Of a stretch of 64,000 bases of DNA, positions 58,349-64,000 are shown in pieces (the stretch's first letter is position 1; each line of letters starts with the position of its first letter). The notes beneath the pieces are model-generated. The model searched no databases, was not told the DNA's origin, and worked only from the letters and a program-made list of their open reading frames with translations. The DNA comes from Alphaproteobacteria bacterium (lineage in GTDB: Bacteria; Pseudomonadota; Alphaproteobacteria; SP197). The translations under genes were made by a program, and so were the position numbers. The stretch covers positions 768,001-832,000 of the forward strand of contig OZ219918.1 of the NCBI GenBank assembly GCA_964291415.2. Reading direction: 5' to 3'.

Positions 58349-59785
58349 TCACAGCCGGATCGCCACGTTCTTGACCGCCAGGTAGTTTCGCACGCCCGCA
58401 AGGCCGCGCTCGCGACCGACTCCACTCTCCTTCATGCCTCCGGTTGGAGCCTGGACTCCGCCCATGAACCAACCGTTGATCCACACCGATCCGTGTTCGA
58501 GCTGTTGGGCCATGCCCAGCGCGCGGCTGATATCCCGGGTGTAGACCCCGGCAGCCAGCCCGTAACCCAGAGCGTTGGCGATCGCGACCGCCTGATCGGC
58601 ATCCCCGATGTCGACCACGACGCCGACCGGTCCGAAGACCTCCTCTCGGGCAATGGCCATGTCCGGGGACACGCGATCGAGCACGGTCGGCTCGATGAAG
58701 TAGCCGCGGTCCAGATGCTGCGGGCGGCCACCGCCCTGTCGTACGCGTCCGCCGGCCGCGACCCCGGCATCGATGTGACCGCGTACCCTGGCGTACTGCT
58801 CGCTGGAGATCACCGGTCCCAGGGAGGGGTTCTCCAGGCCGGGACCAATGGAGAGCGACGCCGCTCCGGCGCACAAGCGGTCGATGAATTCCTCGCGGAT
58901 TGCCGGTGCGAGGAGATAGCGCGAAGCCGAGGAACAGACCTGCCCGGTGTTGTCGAAGGACGCCAGGAGGGCGTCATCCACCGCCCGGTCAAGGTCGGCG
59001 TCCTCGAGGACGATCATCGGATTCTTGCCACCCAGCTCCAGCACGACCGGCGTGATGCCCTGTGCGGCGGCAGACATGATCCTGCGGCCGGTTTCGACTG
59101 ATCCGGTGAAGGTGATGCCGCGTACGAGAGGATGGCGCACGAGCGCTTCGCCGGCCTCCTCGCCAAGGCCGGTGACGATGTTGACGACCCCGTCCGGTAT
59201 CCCCGCCTGTTCGGCGAGCCTGGCGAAGGCGAGCGCCGACAGCGGCGACTGTTCGGCAGGTTTCAGAACACAGGTGCAGCCTGCCGCAAGCGCCGGGGCG
59301 AGTGAGCGGATCGCCATGCCCAGGGGAAAGTTCCAGGGCACGATATGGGCGGTCACGCCAAGCGGCTCCAGCATCGTGAAATCGACGACGTCGCGGCCGA
59401 GCGGCACCGTGATGCCCTCCATCTTGTCGGCCGCTCCCGCGTTGTAGCGCAGCGTTTCGACAACACCGTCGATGTCGCCACGGGAACCGTCGATCGGCTT
59501 GCCGGCATCGAGAGTTTCGAGCCGCGCGAGATTCTCGCGCTCGTTCTCGATCAGCCCGGCCAGCCGCTCAAGGATTCTGCCTCGGTCCGCCGGCGCGATG
59601 GCGGACCAGTCCCCGTGTTGCGCCCGGTGTGCCGCCTGAACGGCCGCGTCGACGTCCTCGCCCACGGAGCGCGCGAAACGCGCCAGAGGTTCTTCCGTTG
59701 CCGGATCGATGGTGTCGAGGAACGTTCCGGTGGCCGGAGCCACCGGTTTTCCGCCGATGTGATTCATGTGAACTGGGTCAACCAC
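58349..59785 (-). CDS. NAD(P)-dependent aldehyde dehydrogenase
   Basis: IVPWNFP, KPAEQSP, FTGS, LELGGKNP, GQVC, EEVFGP. Confidence 0.95.
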   Translation of the reverse strand: MVDPVHMNHIGGKPVAPATGTFLDTIDPATEEPLARFARSVGEDVDAAVQAAHRAQHGDWSAIAPADRGRILERLAGLIENERENLARLETLDAGKPIDGSRGDIDGVVETLRYNAGAADKMEGITVPLGRDVVDFTMLEPLGVTAHIVPWNFPLGMAIRSLAPALAAGCTCVLKPAEQSPLSALAFARLAEQAGIPDGVVNIVTGLGEEAGEALVRHPLVRGITFTGSVETGRRIMSAAAQGITPVVLELGGKNPMIVLEDADLDRAVDDALLASFDNTGQVCSSASRYLLAPAIREEFIDRLCAGAASLSIGPGLENPSLGPVISSEQYARVRGHIDAGVAAGGRVRQGGGRPQHLDRGYFIEPTVLDRVSPDMAIAREEVFGPVGVVVDIGDADQAVAIANALGYGLAAGVYTRDISRALGMAQQLEHGSVWINGWFMGGVQAPTGGMKESGVGRERGLAGVRNYLAVKNVAIRL

Positions 59786-60644
59786 GAAGCGCTCCGCTCG
59801 AAATTCCCTGGATGAAGTAGCGTTGAAGAATGAGGAAGACGAGCACGCTCGGGACGCACAGGACGGTCACCCCCGCCATCGACAGCGCGAAGCCTTCAAG
59901 CTGGGTGGCCGTACCGGATATCGGCGTGAATGCCGCAATGCCGACGGGCAGGGTCTTCATGTCCTCCTTGAAGACCGCCAGCAATGGCCACAGGAAGTTG
60001 TTCCAGTTGAGCACGAAGATGATGATTGTCGCGGCGATCAGCGGTGCCCGGGCCAGGGGCAACGCGATCTTCCAGAAAATCAACCCGTGTCCCGCACCAT
60101 CGATCCTCGCCGCGTCCTCAAGGTCTCGCGGAAAGGTCAGGAAGAACTGCCTGAAGATCAGGACGCTGAAGACGTTGCCGACCGACGGCAGGATCAGCGC
60201 CTGGTAGGTGTTCGCCCAACCCACCTTGATGATGCCGAGCAGCATCGGAACGGCGTAGACCTCGATCGGCACCATGAGCGAGGCGACATAGAGGAAGAAC
60301 AGCATGTGACGGCCGGGAAAATTCATCCGCGCCAGGGCGTATCCCGCCAGGGCTCCCGACATCACGCACAGGAATGTGGCGCTGACCGAGACGATGATGC
60401 TGTTGAGCGTCCAGCGCCAAACCGGGTACTTCGTGAAGATATCGACGTAGTTCTGGAAGGTGACGCGGTTTGGCAGCCATTCGATGTCCACGGTCATCAC
60501 GTCTCCCGGGTACTTCAGGGAGGTCGAGATCATCCAGACAAAGGGCATGACCCAGAGCGCGGCGATCGCCAGCCCGACGATCCACACGGGAATGTCGCCG
60601 GCGGCCATCCCGTATTCGCGTTTGAGGTATGCCAGGGGGTTCAT
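59778..60644 (-). CDS. Carbohydrate ABC transporter permease (MalG-like)
   Basis: AGYALAR, RQFF, LEDAARIDGA, WNNFLWPL, LQRYFIQG. Confidence 0.93.
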   Translation of the reverse strand: MNPLAYLKREYGMAAGDIPVWIVGLAIAALWVMPFVWMISTSLKYPGDVMTVDIEWLPNRVTFQNYVDIFTKYPVWRWTLNSIIVSVSATFLCVMSGALAGYALARMNFPGRHMLFFLYVASLMVPIEVYAVPMLLGIIKVGWANTYQALILPSVGNVFSVLIFRQFFLTFPRDLEDAARIDGAGHGLIFWKIALPLARAPLIAATIIIFVLNWNNFLWPLLAVFKEDMKTLPVGIAAFTPISGTATQLEGFALSMAGVTVLCVPSVLVFLILQRYFIQGISSGALRG

Positions 60645-61534
60645 GTGGACTGTTCCCGGATCAACCTGCGACTGAGGAAGGTCACGAGAAGAATCACGAC
60701 GAAGAGCATCATCGAGACGGCCGCGCCGAGCCCGAACTTCTGGTTGCGGATCGCCACGGTGTAGATCTCGAAGAGGACGGATGTGGACGATGAAGCCGGT
60801 CCACCACTCGTCATCACGTAGACCTGGCTGAAGATCCTCAGTGTCGCAATGAGCTGCAGGGTGATCACCATGCTCAGCACCGGGCGAAGCATGGGCAGGG
60901 TCACGTAGCGGAAGCGCTGCCAGCGTGTGGCGCCGTCGATCTCCGCGGCGTCGTACATGTCACCGGGAATGTCCTGCAGGCCCGCGAGAATCAGGACGAA
61001 AGCAAGACCCATGTCCCACCAGATCGAGGTGATGCCGACACCATAGAGGGACCAACTGGTGCTGGTGAGCCAGGGGATGTTGTCGATTCCCAGATACCCC
61101 AGGTAGTGATTGGCAATGCCGAACTGGGTGTCCAGGATCCAGACCCATACCAGTCCGATCACCGTTGCCGAGACCACATAGGGAGAAAAGAAACAGACCC
61201 GCGCCACAGACGACAGCGGCCACCGGTTGTTGACATAGAGTGCCGCCATGAGTCCGAGAACCAGCACTCCCGGCACGATGGTCAGGCCGTAGAGGAGAAT
61301 GTTCTGGAACGAAATGAGGATCTGGTCGTTTTCCAGCGCCTTCTGGTAGTTGTCCAGCCCGACGTACTTCGGCGGTCCGAAGATGCCCCATTTCATGAAA
61401 GACAGGTACGCGGCGAACAGGATCGGCGCGATGTTGAAGACCAGGAACGGAGCGGTGAAAACGGCGACGAAAGCGTAGGCGGCCCAATCGACCGGTGGTT
61501 TCTGGCTGCGGTAATTCAGCATGTCTCCACCCAT
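60641..61534 (-). CDS. Carbohydrate ABC transporter permease (MalF-like)
   Basis: YVGLDNY, LAGLQDIP..YDAAEIDGA, RYVTLPML, MTSGGP. Confidence 0.93.
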   Translation of the reverse strand: MGGDMLNYRSQKPPVDWAAYAFVAVFTAPFLVFNIAPILFAAYLSFMKWGIFGPPKYVGLDNYQKALENDQILISFQNILLYGLTIVPGVLVLGLMAALYVNNRWPLSSVARVCFFSPYVVSATVIGLVWVWILDTQFGIANHYLGYLGIDNIPWLTSTSWSLYGVGITSIWWDMGLAFVLILAGLQDIPGDMYDAAEIDGATRWQRFRYVTLPMLRPVLSMVITLQLIATLRIFSQVYVMTSGGPASSSTSVLFEIYTVAIRNQKFGLGAAVSMMLFVVILLVTFLSRRLIREQST

Positions 61535-61672
61535 GCCGCACGCGTCGTGCGCAAGGCCCCAATCAACAACGGGCGGGATGTCCCGGGTCTCCGCGGATTC
61601 AGCGCACGGCCAGACCGCGGAACTTGACCCGGGGTCTGTGGCCCGGGGGGCCGTAGCCCCCCGGGATCACGT

Positions 61673-62989
61673 TCAGCCCTCTTCGAGGGCTTCGCCCCAG
61701 CCGTCCTGGAGCCGTGTCATGGCATCATCAATGGATGTCTGGCCGGCCCAGACGAGTTCCAGGGTCTTCGCCAGGAAGTTGCCACCGGAATAGATGTTGA
61801 AGTCCGCGCCGTTGATGATCGGAAAATCGGCAATGGCGGTCGCGAACTCGAGGCCGTCGACGAACGCCCCGCGCACATCCCAGGGGGCGCCCGCGGTCTT
61901 GTAGTCGCTGCGGCCGAGAATCGACTGCCTCGGAGACGCCCCGCGGCCCTCGGTGCACCACAGGAAGCTGTTGTCCGACAGCCACGTCACGGCGTCCATC
62001 GTCGCCTGGTAGCGCGAAGGATCGCTCTGAATGTAGAGCTCGAGGGCACCGCGCTCGAAGTAGGTCACGCGTTTCCCGCCGATGTTCGGAAACAGCTTGG
62101 TCACGAAGGGCAGCTCCTGCGCCAGGTAGCCGTTGATCGTCCATGGACCGGTCCAGAAGACGGAGCCCTGGCCGGTACCGAAGGCCTTGTAGCGGTCGGT
62201 GACATCGCGGGTTGATACCTTGTGCGTGTCGAACAGATCGAGCACCCATTGCATCGCCGCCTTGCCGGCGTCGGGATTCACGCAGACGGTCGAGAAATCG
62301 TCGCTGATGCGCTGAAAACCCATCTGCTCGGCAACAATGCCCCAGGTGACCGTTGGCTGCACACCCGACCCGGTCATCATGATGCCGGATCGCACGACCG
62401 TGTCGCCGTCCCGCTTGGTCATCGCCTTTGCCCACTCGATCAGACCGTCGCCGTCTTCGGGCCAGTCGTTGATGTCGAGTCCGGCCTCGGCCACATGAGC
62501 GGTGTTGACCTCGGGCTGGATCGACATCAGGTCAAGCGGGACCTGGAAGAGTTCGTCGCCGCCGTAGTTCGGGAACTTCGAGGCATTGATCGAGAACTCC
62601 GAAAAGTCCGACAAATCGAGTCCCGAATTGGCGGCAAGTTCGTTCAGAGGTACCAGAAGCCCGTCACGCACGAACGCCGGACGCGGATCCGTATTCCAGC
62701 CGAAGTCGGGGGCTTCGCCCGCCGCGGCGGAGGCCAGGACCTTGGTGGTGTAGTCATCCCAGTTGATGACCTCCATCCGGATCGAGACGCCCTTGTCCTT
62801 GTGCGCTTCGTTGAAGTTCTGGATCATCTGTGCCCAGACCTCTCCGTCCGAAGCCGCAAGCGGGCTCCAGTGAACAAGCTCAAGCGCGGCCGAAGCGCGG
62901 CGGATGAACGGCATGGGAAGGGCGCTCGCCAGGGCAAGTGAGCCACCCGTCTTGATGACCTTGCGGCGCGTTACTCCTGATTTCTTCAT
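61673..62989 (-). CDS. Carbohydrate ABC transporter substrate-binding protein (family 1), Tat-exported
   Basis: VTRRKVIK Tat-like motif with LPMPFIRRA, GEAPD, TGPW. ATG 62989 with a GGAGG RBS. Confidence 0.88.
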   Translation of the reverse strand: MKKSGVTRRKVIKTGGSLALASALPMPFIRRASAALELVHWSPLAASDGEVWAQMIQNFNEAHKDKGVSIRMEVINWDDYTTKVLASAAAGEAPDFGWNTDPRPAFVRDGLLVPLNELAANSGLDLSDFSEFSINASKFPNYGGDELFQVPLDLMSIQPEVNTAHVAEAGLDINDWPEDGDGLIEWAKAMTKRDGDTVVRSGIMMTGSGVQPTVTWGIVAEQMGFQRISDDFSTVCVNPDAGKAAMQWVLDLFDTHKVSTRDVTDRYKAFGTGQGSVFWTGPWTINGYLAQELPFVTKLFPNIGGKRVTYFERGALELYIQSDPSRYQATMDAVTWLSDNSFLWCTEGRGASPRQSILGRSDYKTAGAPWDVRGAFVDGLEFATAIADFPIINGADFNIYSGGNFLAKTLELVWAGQTSIDDAMTRLQDGWGEALEEG

Positions 62990-63072
62990 CGTTGTCCTCC
63001 TGGTCGTGTCGGTACCCGCACGCGGGAACCTGAATCTAGCGTGCGACCGTTCCCGCCGCACCAGTGGTCAAT

Positions 63073-63124
63073 AGCATACTTCGACGCTGCCATACATTGA
63101 AGGTATCGACGTCCTGTCTGACAG
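63073..63124 (-). promoter_or_regulatory. Second copy of the candidate regulator site, upstream of the SBP operon
   Basis: Minus strand CTGTCAGACAGGACGTCGATACCTTCAAT (63124-63096), followed 17 nt later by TATGCT. Confidence 0.45.
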
Positions 63125-63196
63125 GATGCCGACATCGGTGGCGCGGGTATCGCACCGGGGTGATAGGATCGAAGCGCAAACGAGGGGGCACGATCC

Positions 63197-63988
63197 ATGA
63201 GCGTGATCGGAACGGTGGAGAGCCTGTGGCGCTATCCCGTCAAGAGCATGGCGGGCGAAGAACTGGAACGGGCCTGGCTGGGCTTTGCCGGCATCTACGG
63301 CGATCGGGTTGCCGTCTTCCGGAGCGATCAGGCAAGCCCCGGGTTTCCCTGGCTGACAGCGCGCGAACAGCGCCGCATGCTTCTCATGCGGCCGCGGTTC
63401 CGGGATCCCGTGGCCGCATCGCAGCCGCCCAACCTCGCGGATGCCCTGGCGGAAGCGCCGGGTCTCTCACCTCTCTATGCCGGCCACGAGGCCCTCATGA
63501 TCGATGTCGAACTTCCCGATGGCGAGGTGCTGGCGATCGACGATCCGGCGCTGCTGCACCGCCTCAGGCAACACCTCGGACGCGAACACCGCATCGACCT
63601 GTTGCGCTCCCAACGCGCCTTCACGGACTGCCGGCCGCTTTCCCTCATCTCGACGGCCACGGTGGCCGCCCTCTCGACAGAACTCGGCCGTTCCGTCGAC
63701 AAGCGGCGTTTCCGCGCGAACGTCTATCTCGAACTCGAACGCGAGGGTTCCGTTGCCGAGGACTCGTGGATCGGCCGACGCCTGAAGATCGGCGACAAGG
63801 TCGAAATCTCCATCCTCGAGAAGGATCCCCGCTGCGCCATGATCACACTCGACCCCGACTCGGCAGAGCGTGACCCGTCCATTCTCAACCACGTTCTGAA
63901 AGAACGCGCCGGCACCATGGGTGTCTACGCGGCCGTGCTGGTCGAGGGCATGCTGGAAGCCGGCGCGCCCGTCACGCTCGTCGACTGA
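63197..63988 (+). CDS. MOSC domain (mARC/YcbX-like molybdoenzyme) protein
   Basis: LWRYPVKSMAGE, GDR, RRFRANV, EDSW, RCAMITLDP, MGVYA.V...G. Confidence 0.9.
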   Translation: MSVIGTVESLWRYPVKSMAGEELERAWLGFAGIYGDRVAVFRSDQASPGFPWLTAREQRRMLLMRPRFRDPVAASQPPNLADALAEAPGLSPLYAGHEALMIDVELPDGEVLAIDDPALLHRLRQHLGREHRIDLLRSQRAFTDCRPLSLISTATVAALSTELGRSVDKRRFRANVYLELEREGSVAEDSWIGRRLKIGDKVEISILEKDPRCAMITLDPDSAERDPSILNHVLKERAGTMGVYAAVLVEGMLEAGAPVTLVD

Positions 63989-64000
63989 CCCCGCCCTCAC

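Overview
High-GC bacterial chromosomal window, most likely from an alphaproteobacterium (SAM-II riboswitch, DUF2125, HpbD, ProVWX, glxBCD-type genes). It has five blocks. (1) 0.2-25.5 kb: an island for uptake and breakdown of N-methylated compounds/betaines. It holds peptide-type and ProVWX ABC transporters, a Rieske oxygenase, HpbD, a non-pyrrolysine MttB, a Ser/Cys proline-racemase homolog, a MocD/MocE-like pair, a homocysteine methyltransferase, SAM-II-controlled metZ, a VapBC pair and two decayed gene remnants. (2) 25.5-30.8 kb: an RND pump and a frameshifted DUF2125 gene. (3) 30.8-37.5 kb: a sodium:solute symporter with a divergent CBS/DUF294 nucleotidyltransferase plus DEDDh exonuclease module. 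It is followed by a higA antitoxin gene split by a degenerate IS256 element whose 28-bp TIRs and 8-bp TSD are visible. (4) 39.5-50.1 kb: a variant N-methylglutamate/gamma-glutamylation cluster with a GntR regulator, then folB, a FolM-like SDR and uvrB. (5) 50.2-63.0 kb: an apparently uncharacterised catabolic island. It has two paralogous cytoplasmic Asp-box (sialidase-fold) proteins, a GlxA-type regulator, a non-canonical DapA-family aldolase, a 2-hydroxyacid dehydrogenase, an enolase-superfamily enzyme, an aldehyde dehydrogenase and a split sugar ABC transporter, and two of its promoter regions share a 29-bp motif. Block 5 and the variant NMG cluster are the best candidates for an undescribed system. 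All calls come from motif recognition by eye; no database searches were run. No rRNA, tRNA or CRISPR array was seen.
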